Translations under genes and position numbers: made by a program | NCBI GenBank assembly: GCA_008690995.1 | Contig: VRMN01000002.1 | Location: forward strand, 434,001 to 498,000 | Reading direction: 5' to 3' | Source of the DNA: Porphyridium purpureum | Lineage: Eukaryota | DNA: 64,000 nucleotides | In this document: piece by piece, positions 49,792-61,104 of the stretch | How positions within the stretch are numbered: the first letter of the stretch is position 1 | Layout: each line of letters begins with the position of its first letter | Notes under the pieces: generated by a model | Told to the model about the DNA's origin: nothing | Databases searched by the model: none | The model's input: the letters and a program-made list of their open reading frames with translations, nothing else

Positions 49792-50118
49792 GGCGAAGCT
49801 CAAGACGTCGCTTTACAAGACTGTGCGGCTGCCGGTCGTGGCCCCAGGATTGACATGATCCGTGGTGTGCTCCTGGCAAGGATTAATGTACTGAAAGTAT
49901 GTGCTTTAGCGAATTGGACCATTTTTCTTCGAATTTTTCCTTCCTGTTGAAAACAAAGGCCGTCAGTGTCTTTAATCCTTGTTCATGTCTCCAAGAAGGC
50001 CACCACAAAGGCGCCCCTTTCCGTTTAAGCGCACAGAACATAGCTACGTTACAATACGACCCTACAGCGATTGAAATTCTTACACGCCCTGGGGCTCGCA
50101 CAGAGATCCACAGGGATA

Positions 50119-53100
50119 TCACGACAGATGGAAAGCGCCCTGCCCTTCTCGAATTGCAAATTCAAAACGCGCTCGCAAAGTCTCAAGACTAGAATACTCG
50201 GGCACTTTCAGGTAGTTTGTACAAGTCATGACCGTCGGCAACGACTGGTCTGGGGTACTGCCTGCATCCGGATTGCGCCGCACGATCGTGATTTTGGGTC
50301 GCAGCGCAAGAAGGCCACCCACTGGAAGGCGCGGTGAGCCAGTCAGGAACTTGAGGAAGCGACGCTGCCCATCTTCATCAAGGCCGATCATGTATTCGAA
50401 CAAATACCTGACCACGTCGCTGTCATGACTGTACCCATGGTCACACTGTGTAGCGTGCAGCAAGTACTCGGTGTCCCAAGCCTCCCGCGAGGGACCACAC
50501 AGCATAACATCCAGTTCCTCCGGAGCAAAGTACAAGAGCGCCTTGACGTTTAAGATGCTGTCAAACCCGCACACAAAGGCATGAATCTGTTTCACGACTC
50601 CAGTATGAAGCACATACTTGAGCACGGCACGCACATACTCATCCAAATTCTTCCCAGTCACTGCCTTTCCACGGCCGCCAGGAATAAGCTCAAGCGTGTC
50701 GTCTCCGGGTACCACAAAGGATAGGCACATATCCTCGATAACGTCGGTTGCGCCTGACCTGTGCGTCGAGGAAGCATTGAGCTCCAGCATGGTACCCAAT
50801 GATCGAGCAAGAGCCGGATCGACTTCCTGGAGATGATGCATGCTACTTCCTCCGACTTGAAGAAAAGATAACTCTGACTTACTTCTGCGTATGGATGACA
50901 GCCGGGAAAGCTGTGGAGATCGATGTGAGATCGTTTCGCTTGCCGGCAACTGTTCAGCGACCGCCAGGATCAGTCCATACATTGCGCTGGAAATATGAAT
51001 ATCTAACAGCCGACCATCCATCAAAGCCTTTGCGGCGACCTGGCCAAGCAAGCGGAAATAGGCCAAAATCCGCTTGGCCTCCGCGCAGTCTTTGCCGCTG
51101 CCACCGCGTTCTACAGGTAAACAGCGCGGGAAAAGCCCAGTGCCAGTCGGAGTAACGTAGCGAACTGGTTCCTGCAAATCGTCCTTTCTCATCTTCAAGG
51201 TCTCAGCATTCACATTCTGGTTTCTCCAAAGCATCAGGTCCTCTCGTTGGAGCTCGGTGCAAACCAAGGTGTAAAACTCGAGCGTGGGACCCAAGCCAGT
51301 TCCGGCTTCACCTGTGTACTCAATTTCAAGAACGGTCCGATGACTGCCGTACTTGTCCATAATTTTTATGGCAGAATCCAGCACACGACGGCGATCGATA
51401 CGTACCTTTTCGCGATGGATCCGACCAATGCGAAACTCAGGGCGGCCACGATTCGCGCTAGCTGACGCGTGCCGTCGTTCCGTCGCGTCGCTCGACAAAT
51501 TTTCACCAGCAAGAAATCTAGATTGAAGGCGGAGCAGGCCCTGTGCAAGACCCAGCTCGCAGGAACTGAAAAGCGTCATTCGCGTGCGCATGTCAAGAAT
51601 GAAAGGGTATTTGCGCGCAATTTCAAAGCACCACGGTGCAATCAGACGCGCACTCAACGCCAGCGGGTCGCTGAGTTGGCGCAGTACTTTAGCTTGCAGC
51701 TTGCGACACACAAAGAGCTCTGAGTCCACGAGAAACCCGTCACCACTGGAAGGCCCTAGGAAATGAAGATTGCGAGAGCAATCTGGGTTGCTGCTCTCAC
51801 CACCTTTCGTGCTCAAAAGTGCGTGGTGTCTGCTGATCCAGGACACGCTCCGCAGCACGGCCAACGTTCGGCTCGCGGTATCGGATAGAACACCTGATGA
51901 CATTTCAAGGGAAGGAAGTGTCACGTGACTAAAGTTGCCCAGATCGTATGCAACCTGCTTTTCCAGGGTTTGTCCATCAGACCCACGTTCCGGGCGGTGG
52001 GTTGCGCCAGCTTTCTTTGTACCACTGCTGGACGCCTTTCCCGCATCGCGACCGTCATCTGATACCAACCTGCAACCAATCGTGTGGATCTCTTCCCACA
52101 CGCGAGAAATCTGCACGAGCGGTGCTGCAGAAGACCGTGGCGATGATGAGGGCGAGGCCGACGTCCCGAGCGACGGAACATTCTGAGGTCTAATATTCTG
52201 GACGACCGCTTCCAGAATGGAAGCATTCAAAGAAATCGGCGATTCGTGGAAAAAGAACTCAAGATGGTCGCTTGCGAGTCCATCCGTGTCCGACATGGCT
52301 TTGTCAGCCTTACCGCTGCTTCGTCGAGACACGCCCCGAGCATCCTGCGCAGGCCCACCACGTGTCGCAGTGGCATACGACTGTCGCTGACTTGCTCCTC
52401 CCCCACTGCCCGACGAATACGACCTCGCCCTGAAGAAGCCCAAACCCTGTCCACGGCTGATATCCAAGGAAGCAGGAGGAGATGGCGTGGGGGAGACAAG
52501 CTGGTCTAGGTCCAGTTCTGTGGGAGGGAGGGAAGAACTCACACTGCCCAACTCAATGTCCATATCCTCCATATCCTCAACCACATCCTCAACGTCCATA
52601 TCCAGCGTTTCGCTGTCCTCACTGTCGTCGTCACCTCCCTCGCTATCATCATCGTTCTCCGCGGAATTCGCAAGGGCCTCTGCACCAACAACTTTCACCA
52701 GCTCCATCTCTTCTTCTATTTCACTCGCTGACAAGTTCGGTGCCGCTATAGAAGAGGATGTCCCCACATCTTCTCTCCGCGATCTTCCGAGTGCGTGAAT
52801 CAGGCCACTCATGTCCTTGTCTATCGAGTTAGACAAATGGGGCGTATGCAAAGCATCATTTCCTTCCTTCGTCGAGCGAGACGCGTTCGGATCCTCGACA
52901 GGATTCCCATCATCGGCGACCTTCTTGATGAAAGCGTGATCTTCTCCGTCAAATTCGAACATAAGATCTTCTGCTCGTTCCAGCCTCTTGGCCGACTGGG
53001 CACGATCCATTCCACGCGATTTCTCCGCATGGTCCGTACGCGGCGCGTCTTTCTCCTTGCAATCACTCTTGGGGGGGGCTTGAAGTAAGGCAAGGCTCGG

Positions 53101-56011
53101 TGTCAGCTTCTGGCGCACGGACAGCAGCGGCACAAGAAGATGACCCAGTTGCCCCAATCTTTGCCAGCTGCTCCAAAAACGACTCCCGCCTGCCCGAGTT
53201 GGAGGCTCCCTTTGGAACCTTGTCTTTGCTCAGCACGGCCCGGATCCGCGTAATCAAGAAATCGTGCAAACTACTCATATTCGTGAATGCGTCAACCATA
53301 AAAACGTTCTGCATAAACTCCCGCGCGGCCGCAGCATGGTGCTCCTTTTGGCCACCATCTATCTCGATACGAACACGTAACTTCAGCGGTTGTGCGAGCT
53401 TCCGCAAAGAACTTTCAAGCGCCACTTCGTGACCAGAAAAGCCTGTTGAAACAATGCTCGAGTCCTCCTGTGACTCAAAAATGCATATAATACGACGCAC
53501 CAAGCATGCATACGCGGTCGGATGTTCGGCAAAAGCCTTATGAAACAACAGGATGCGCTCTGTCCTCACAGACGCCTCGCACGGCTCACAGAAGAAATCA
53601 AACAGCGCGTCCACAAGGCCGCTCGAAACAAACTCATAGTTTGTAACTTTGTCCGAAATTTCGAGGCGCGAAACCAAACGGCTCACGGCTACTGTGGCCT
53701 TCTCAAGTTCGCCACTCTCCAATAAACCTGAAATTTGTCTAAGCGCGCTCACTGACTGATTATCAGTCTCAGTAGCACTGGCCCCGGAAAAATATGTTTC
53801 GAAAACTGAGATGGCACGTGATAATATATCGGCGGACAGCTCGGCATTAGCCTTGTGCTTTTCCCGCGCGCCGGGCTGAGCACCTTCCGAAATCCGTTGC
53901 ACTTCACATACAATACCTTCCCTTTGCATGAATGGCACGGCCTGTTCCCCGACTTTTGACATGATAAGCTCAACCATCTGCAGTGCTGCGTGATTTGCCT
54001 CCAGTGATTCGTTATCTTTCAGTAAAGACCATACAAATGAGAGAAATTCATCGACACCGCCAGACTCGGTAGCAGTCGTCCGCTTCTCAGATCCATCCTC
54101 TCTGCACACCGACGCGCAAACAAGCGCAACTGCCGGGCGAGGAAGCAATACTCTTGGCGCTGCATACGCCACGTACTTGATTATGACCGCCAAAATCATG
54201 CGTCGCGTATTGGCATTATCTGCGCCCTGGTAAAAGTCAAGGAGGCTTGCCAACACACTCGGGCCCAGCGCGTCGAGGGCGTCACTATTCTCGACCAGCC
54301 ATTCGCGACGAACTTTATCGACAATGATCTGGCTGGACGCTGAGGACGCAATACTGCGCCTGCGGCGTGTCCGTGAGCTCACATGCTCAGCCTCTAGAGT
54401 ATTCACATCCGGTAGGAGAGAATTAAGCACACTTAATGCACTAGAAGCGTTTGACACACTCGAGTCGCGCATGAGACGCGCCAGCAAGTTCAAAAATGAA
54501 CGATGTTTCAACAGGTGAATGCACATGGTCGAGCTACCGCGGCCAAAGACAGCCAACGTCGACAGCGCCATCCGGAACGCAGGCCCGAGGGCCCCAGTCG
54601 ACTGCGGAGCAAGAAGCAAAGCACATAAGGTGTCAAGCAAGACCTGCTCGTTTCCATTCGAGCTGCTACATCCACCAATGACTTCGAGTTTCTCTGTATC
54701 GGCACGGAAAGATTCACCAAGCCGGTAAAAGGCGCTAATAGCCGAGCCTTGAATCCTCTGATCATCGCTGTTTAACAAACCCAGAAGATTCGGAACAATA
54801 CCGGATACGCTCTCGAATGCATCCGCTGGGCAATTGCGGCACAGATTGCAGGCAAGCGAGGCCGCGGTGCGCTGCACAGGAATGCTGAAAAAATCAATAA
54901 ACAACAGCGCGGCAGCGAATCCTGAATGCTCAATAATGGGACCTGGGAAGTCAGCACTGAGACGATTCAGAACCGATAGGGATTGCTCGGCAAGATCAAT
55001 GTACTCGATCGAGAGCAAACTATTGCAGAGTGGCTCTAGGGCGCCCGACTTGACAATGAAGGCGTCGCTTGCGGGAACCACTTCCAGCAGCTCGTTCAAA
55101 ATTCGTGCGGCAACCAGCAAGGTCTCGGCGTCATTTGGCGGCATCAAACATTCTACTACTGCAGTCACCAGAGAGTTGATCGGGAAGGTTGCCAGAGCTT
55201 CCTCAGTACTTACTGAAATGATCTCACAGATCTCGCTCAGAACAGCCATCTTCTCAAAACCCTGCTGCGCGGTCCGCAGATGCTGAATTTCCGCCTTCAA
55301 CCGAGATTGCGTCGATCCCGCGCCGGGAAAAAGTTCTTCGACGCCTCCAGCTATGCGTCGCAGGAGGCTCTGGATGCCAAAGGAGGCCCCACCGCCCTCC
55401 GAAGTATTTGGTACGGGCGGAGACGAAGCATTCGCTGCAGCGCCATTTTCTGAGATGGAAGCGCGCCCTTGGTTTTTCTCAGATGCGTTGTCCATCCTGA
55501 ATCGGGTCGCGCGCCGCGCGCTGCTTGGAATTTCAGACCCTCCTACTTTTCGGACACTTCTACCAGCACTGCTACCGATTCCTTCCTGCGTGATTAAGAC
55601 TTTTGAAGGGCCAGCACCCGTCCCGACCTTTCCCTTCAACCCGTCGTCCACAGGGTCTCGCTTCCGCTTGTGCGAAGGCTTGCCAGAAGCCGCAGGTTCG
55701 GCAGCTGATATGAAGGAGCTGGCTGCGCTGCCAATTCCCGGTGACAACAGTTTTGAGCTCAGGGCCGAGGCAGACGGAGCACTAGAAGATGAGGGCAGAT
55801 TCCCGGGCGATGCTCTAGCCAATCGGCCACCGGTACGCTGTCCTGAAGGGTCAGGTAGTACTGAATCTTTCTCACTTCTCGCACGGGATGGTCGTCGCTC
55901 TTGAAACTGCTCGCTTCGTGTCTCATGCGGTAGTGTTCTCTTCTGTTCAGGTCGGAGTGGTCGCTTGGGTTCCTGTTGCTTTTGGCTCTCAGGGTTCGAT
56001 TTGCCTCGCAT
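50119..56011 (-). CDS. UPL3: ARM-repeat HECT E3 ubiquitin ligase (UPL3/TRIP12/Ufd4 type), interrupted near 53071-53118
   Basis: N-terminal ORF has 'LLSIEYIDLAEQSL' and 'FIDFFSIPVQRTA'; C-terminal ORF has HECT motifs 'GEAGTGLGPTLEFY', 'FLTGSPRLPVGG', 'LPTVMTCTNYLKVPEYSS', 'GQGAFHLS'. The two ORFs overlap in different frames. Confidence 0.93.
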
Positions 56012-57429
56012 ACTTTCTACCCAAATCCACCAAATAGACCAAGCGGCAATGCGCTGGTCAAGAGAACGAGCGAGCCGTGCGACAAACCCACGGCAGACTC
56101 AGCAACGCCTCGAACACGCGCTCTACCAGACAAATGCAGTTTCTCTTCTGACTCGTCGCCCGTTCTCACCGTCGCAAGACCCGCACGCAATTAAATTCGA
56201 CCAGAAACCAAGCCCTGCCTCATTGAAACGCGACGGCTCGCGGTAATTCCCAGACAGACCAGAGATGAAATTCCTTAAGCTCTCATCGCGCTGCGCGTTC
56301 TCCTCAGCTCCAACCCCATTGACCGCGGGACGCGCCTGGTTGCGAGCGTCCACACCAGCACCCCCGAAGCAGGCGTCACCGGCCACGCCACGCCTTCCCA
56401 CGCCGTTGCCAAGCAGCAGCGCTAGCCGCAAAGCCCACGAGGATACCAGCGCTCGTCCCTGGGGACTGCGGCGCAGCCTCGACTTGGCGTCACGTGACGC
56501 GAGTCCGTGCGGAAAGCCCGCGGCACTCGTGCTCGTCGCAGTGAGCCGTCACGCGCACGCGCGTCGCGGTGCGCTCAGCGACCAGCCTGCTGTCGACGCT
56601 CTCTTCCCTGGCGCACTCGGAACCCCTTCCGATTTCCCTTCTCTCCTCTCTCCTCCCGGCCTTTCCCACCGCAAGCACGCCCACTCGCCTTCCTCGGCGC
56701 GCCTCTTTCCCACCCTCTTCACAAGTCGCCTCTAATCCTTGCACGCGGCTGGCCCGCTTCCGCGCTGGCTCCAACATGCCAACTGTACACTACCACGATC
56801 GCCGCGTTTTCATACAAACTCGCGCCTTTATCACACGCCGCGCGCCGTTTGTGAGGAGCCACCACTGTGACAACGCAAGAGGTACAGTGAAATCATGTAC
56901 AGTGTGGGTGTACAGCGTGAGCGCGCGCGCTGCAAGAGCCACCGCTCTGGGAAACCTCGCTCCGCTGCTGGCCAACATCCAATCCAGCAACCGTGCGGAT
57001 GGAGTCTCGGACGCGCACGACCTATGTAAAACCGCCGTGGACGCGCTCGGCGCCCGAGCTTCGTGCGCAGGTTGGACATCAACAGACCGTTGCTCCTGCG
57101 TTCGCGCCGCCAGCCGACCATCGCTGCCAAAAGGTTCCCGTGCTCGAGCCACCCACCGCCCGCAGCAGTGGCCAATTACCGGTTTAACGGTTTAAAAAGG
57201 ACTCGTTAACCGTTAACCGATCCATACGTTTGTCTGCGCAGGCGGAGGTACAGTGATAAAGTACAGCGTCTCGTCACATTTTCCGCACGTGTGCGCGTGC
57301 GGCCGCGCCGGGCGAGGGAAAGGGGCGAATGGCATGAAGGGCGGCGCACCGAGAGATAAAGCTGCGCGCGGCTGAGGCGCACAACGCTGGTCGGCAGCTT
57401 TCGCGCACGCGGGGCGTCCTCGAGCGAGC

Positions 57430-59781
57430 ATGGACGCCGGAGCGGACGAGCTCCAGGATGATCTCCTGAAGTATGTGCTGCGCGTCCACGAGGAGCTCAT
57501 GCGAGCCGTCGCCGCGCAGCGCGAGGGTCTGGATGGCGCTGCAGATGCTATGGCCCAGGGCGCGCACGAAGGCGGGCCGGCAGACGAAGAGGATGAGGTG
57601 GCCCTGCTGGTGCATAATGCGCTCGGCGAGCTGAAAGGCTACCTGAATGTGGTGGCGCGCCATCCGCGCGCGAGCAGGCTGCTCGAGGATTTCGCACGCT
57701 ACGCGTCCGACTCGGACATCCGCGAGCTCGTGCAGAGCCTTGTTCTGCAAGGCGGAGCGTCCAGGTTATCCCGCCTCGCCGAGCACCGCGCCGCTTCTCA
57801 CGTGCTTGAATCGGTTTTTCGATGCGTTTCGGACAAGTATCGAGCTGCCGCTTTGCGCGCAGGGCGCCCAGTCTCACTCGACGTCGTGCCGGCGGCGCAC
57901 GTTTTGGTGGACGTTGCAAAGCTCATGAGTGCAGATGTTTTTATGTCAATGGTGTCCGATGAGCGCGCTTCGCATGTCGTGCGCACGCTCATCAATTGCA
58001 TGTGCGGCACGCAAGGGCTTGAGGTAACCGAAAGGTCCGAGGACGATGGGAACTTGATCACCGTCACAAAGACGAGGTCTGCGCTCACCCAGAACAGCCG
58101 TGCCCGTCACGAAGGCACGCAGGACCCAGCAAACCTGGCCCGGCCCGAGCTGGCTCCGGATGCATACATTAAAGCAATCGTGCAGCTAGCCGACAGCCTT
58201 GTCGAGCTGGACATGCTACAGAGGCAGGAAATGGAGATTAAGGCGCCCGCCGCCCAAACACCAATGCAGGCGCTGTGCTTCCTGACGTCCGGTAGCACTG
58301 CGTTACAAACACTGCTTCTTGGTTTATTTGCTCACCAAAGTACAGAGGTGTGTCACTCTGCCGCGTTCGGGTTGGCGAAAGTGTTGGTGGCAGGTCAGCT
58401 TCTAGACTTGTGCTTCAATACTCCTGGCTCTCGCCTAGTCGAGTGTATTGTTTCAAACGTACCACCAGACTTGGTGGGCAGTCTGTATGCTGATAATTTC
58501 AAGGAGCACATGTTGGAACTTGCGGTGGATTTTCGCGGTAATTACGTTGTGCAGAGGCTGATTGAGGCCACAGCGAGCGAGCCTGGGCAATGCACAAAGG
58601 TCTTCAAAAACATCGTGGAAGAGCTGACCCCTCATTTTGAAACTCTATTTGAGCGTCGCCGATCGGGTGTCGTACTTGCCCTTCTTCGTGCGTGTGCAGC
58701 TTTCGGACGATGCGCTGCCACGGCTGTCCCGAAATCACAAGAAAAGATTCTCAAGGCGATTATCAAGGGCCTGGGAGGCACTGGCGCGGAAGATGGAGAG
58801 ACTAATTTGTTCCTTGAGGTGCTCTGCATGTCGGCCGATCACGCGGCGGAATGGCGACTGTACTGGGCTGACAAAACACTGGAGCATGCTCTACGCCTAG
58901 ACTTTGCGCGCCGTGACGGCTTGAGGGATCACCAAGAGAACTACCAAACCCCGCGGATACCGACCCTGGGCTCTCTGATTGTACAAAGTATTGTGAAGCT
59001 TCCCGTGTCCAAGCGCAAGGCCAAGTTTTCACGGTCCATGCAAACGCTGACCGAAATAGAGTGGGCCGCATTGATGGCAGACCGGTCAGGCAGCCCCGTT
59101 GTTGAAGTTTGTCTGCAGGAGCGATCTGTCGTGCCAGAGAAGACACAGTCTATCTTGTTTGAAGTGATCAAGAAGTCTGCAGCGATGCTATGCTGGAACT
59201 CATGCGGAAGTCGCGTGCTAGAGTGCGCCTATCGATGCGAAACGGATGTTACTAAGAAAAGAGACTTGGTCCAGGAATTGGTGACACAGGAAAAAGATGT
59301 TAGCTCAAGTCCCTACGGCTCGTTTGTCGCAAAGGCATGTCATATCCACCAGTTCAAGTCTGATCCGAGGGCGTGGGCTATCAGAGAACGATCGCAAATG
59401 ACTAGGCAGAATTTGCTGGATGATGTGCTTAGCGTGCCGCATCACAGTCAAACCGCCATGCCTCATCCCCGAAATGAAAGAAAACGCGCATCCATTCCGA
59501 GCCTGAACTCACCAGAGTCAAACCGGTCGAAGGTGTCTCGAATTGATGAGATTGCGGACGCGCTCGCGGATCGAAAACAAAAGGACGATGTCACAAAGCC
59601 GGATGAGCAAGGAGGCACCGGGAGCAGGGAAGCGTCCAAAGTTGAACATGCACGTCTTTCAGAGGAGGAGGGAGAGCGATTGCGAAGAATCGTCGAAGCG
59701 ACCATCACAGGGAACGGAGCAAAGTTAAATGAGAGCGCGAAGAGATCAAAGACGTTAAAACAGAAGCGAGTGTCAAAGTAA
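57430..59781 (+). CDS. NOP9: Pumilio-repeat nucleolar protein NOP9/APUM23-like
   Basis: Puf repeats with SRLLE, SHVLE, SHVVR, STALQ, SRLVE, NYVVQ, SLIVQ, SPVVE, SRVLE; 'SPYGSFVAKACHIHQFK....W'; basic tail. Confidence 0.88.
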   Translation: MDAGADELQDDLLKYVLRVHEELMRAVAAQREGLDGAADAMAQGAHEGGPADEEDEVALLVHNALGELKGYLNVVARHPRASRLLEDFARYASDSDIRELVQSLVLQGGASRLSRLAEHRAASHVLESVFRCVSDKYRAAALRAGRPVSLDVVPAAHVLVDVAKLMSADVFMSMVSDERASHVVRTLINCMCGTQGLEVTERSEDDGNLITVTKTRSALTQNSRARHEGTQDPANLARPELAPDAYIKAIVQLADSLVELDMLQRQEMEIKAPAAQTPMQALCFLTSGSTALQTLLLGLFAHQSTEVCHSAAFGLAKVLVAGQLLDLCFNTPGSRLVECIVSNVPPDLVGSLYADNFKEHMLELAVDFRGNYVVQRLIEATASEPGQCTKVFKNIVEELTPHFETLFERRRSGVVLALLRACAAFGRCAATAVPKSQEKILKAIIKGLGGTGAEDGETNLFLEVLCMSADHAAEWRLYWADKTLEHALRLDFARRDGLRDHQENYQTPRIPTLGSLIVQSIVKLPVSKRKAKFSRSMQTLTEIEWAALMADRSGSPVVEVCLQERSVVPEKTQSILFEVIKKSAAMLCWNSCGSRVLECAYRCETDVTKKRDLVQELVTQEKDVSSSPYGSFVAKACHIHQFKSDPRAWAIRERSQMTRQNLLDDVLSVPHHSQTAMPHPRNERKRASIPSLNSPESNRSKVSRIDEIADALADRKQKDDVTKPDEQGGTGSREASKVEHARLSEEEGERLRRIVEATITGNGAKLNESAKRSKTLKQKRVSK

Positions 59782-59883
59782 GCGATTCATTTCGCCCGTC
59801 GCTTTGCTTGTTTCCTTTGCATTTGCCAACGTATTCCAAAAAGAAACTGATCCAAAAGCAAAGCAAGCCTTTTGACCTTGTTG

Positions 59884-60906
59884 CTAGCTCTCTTGTGGGA
59901 CCGGCTTGGCGCGCACCTTCCGTTTTGGAGGGATATTCTTGCGCCTGTAAAAGTAGATCGCGTACGCCGACAGGATAATCGACAGCAAGAACCATGTGAC
60001 GGCGTAATCAATGTGCGTCCGAGGCATGGTTGGAAAACGGTAAAAGTCCTCTAACCCCTTTGGAAATAGTTGCTGAGAATCGTCGCCGCGCCGGGCGAGA
60101 TCAATAGCCTCAACGTATCCCAGACACTCGGTCGCATTCGGATAAAGTGAAATGGTAAGCGCGTCCAAATCAATCCAGTGCCAAGTGCCTTTCTCAGGAA
60201 CATTTTCTGGTGTCCACGTACGCCTAGAGTCTCCTGCACCGACTATGGCGTCAAACTCAACAATGTCGTCGGCCCTTTGGAGAGCTGGATCCCACTCGGC
60301 TTTCGGACGCTTGCTCATCCGATTGGATACCCATCCGCGGTTGACGAGGATTCTTTCCTCGAACTTTCCGTCCCTCAAGACACGCAAAGGGGTCAGTACA
60401 AGAGCACCGGTGGCGCCGCCCCAGGCCTTGACCTTTTCAGGGGTGGCTATCGGTGCGGAACGCGGCAGCACAAGGACGGTCTTATCGTGTTCCAGTACAC
60501 CTTGGACGCGCACCCGCCTGTACGGGTTCAGTACATCTCCGTCACCGACCGCGCGGTGCCATTCGACAGGATCCTGTAGCAGCGCGGCTTCGCGCTCAGC
60601 AACTTTGGCTCTTTTCTCCTGCAGTCTCATCACTTGCCAGCAGCCCAGCCCGAAAGAAACCACAGCCGGAACTGTAAAGAAAGCGGCCCAGGAAGCCCGG
60701 GACCGTGTGAAAATGTGCTCATTCAGACTGCTACGCTCCCCTTCCTGATGTTGTGACGCACCGCCCGACGACGTGGAGGCGGCCGGCGACTCCGAGGCAA
60801 GCGCTCGGCGCACCTGTCTTCTGGACATGTCATGACATTGGGTTCCTCCGCGACCCAAGATGGGCAGGCATCTTTCAGCACACATCTTACGCAGTACAGA
60901 CCGCAT
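59884..60906 (-). CDS. SURF1: SURF1/Shy1 cytochrome c oxidase assembly factor
   Basis: 'FGLGCWQVMR', 'VLTPL', 'ILVNRGWV', 'PENVP...W.WIDL', 'HIDYAVTWFLLS'. Confidence 0.95.
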   Translation of the reverse strand: MRSVLRKMCAERCLPILGRGGTQCHDMSRRQVRRALASESPAASTSSGGASQHQEGERSSLNEHIFTRSRASWAAFFTVPAVVSFGLGCWQVMRLQEKRAKVAEREAALLQDPVEWHRAVGDGDVLNPYRRVRVQGVLEHDKTVLVLPRSAPIATPEKVKAWGGATGALVLTPLRVLRDGKFEERILVNRGWVSNRMSKRPKAEWDPALQRADDIVEFDAIVGAGDSRRTWTPENVPEKGTWHWIDLDALTISLYPNATECLGYVEAIDLARRGDDSQQLFPKGLEDFYRFPTMPRTHIDYAVTWFLLSIILSAYAIYFYRRKNIPPKRKVRAKPVPQES

Positions 60907-61104
60907 CTCGTTCGTGTATGGATGGGAATCCGCGCCGCGCGACTGGCAAAAGCACAGAAAACCTCGGCATCAGTTGCATCGCACGCCTGCATCCACCTTG
61001 CAAATTCCGAGTGGGGACGAATGAAGTTCGGTATATTTACGACGTGGTTGAATGATAGGGTCTCTGGAGTGTGCAAGGTCAAAGCTCGGCGACAGACGGG
61101 GGGC

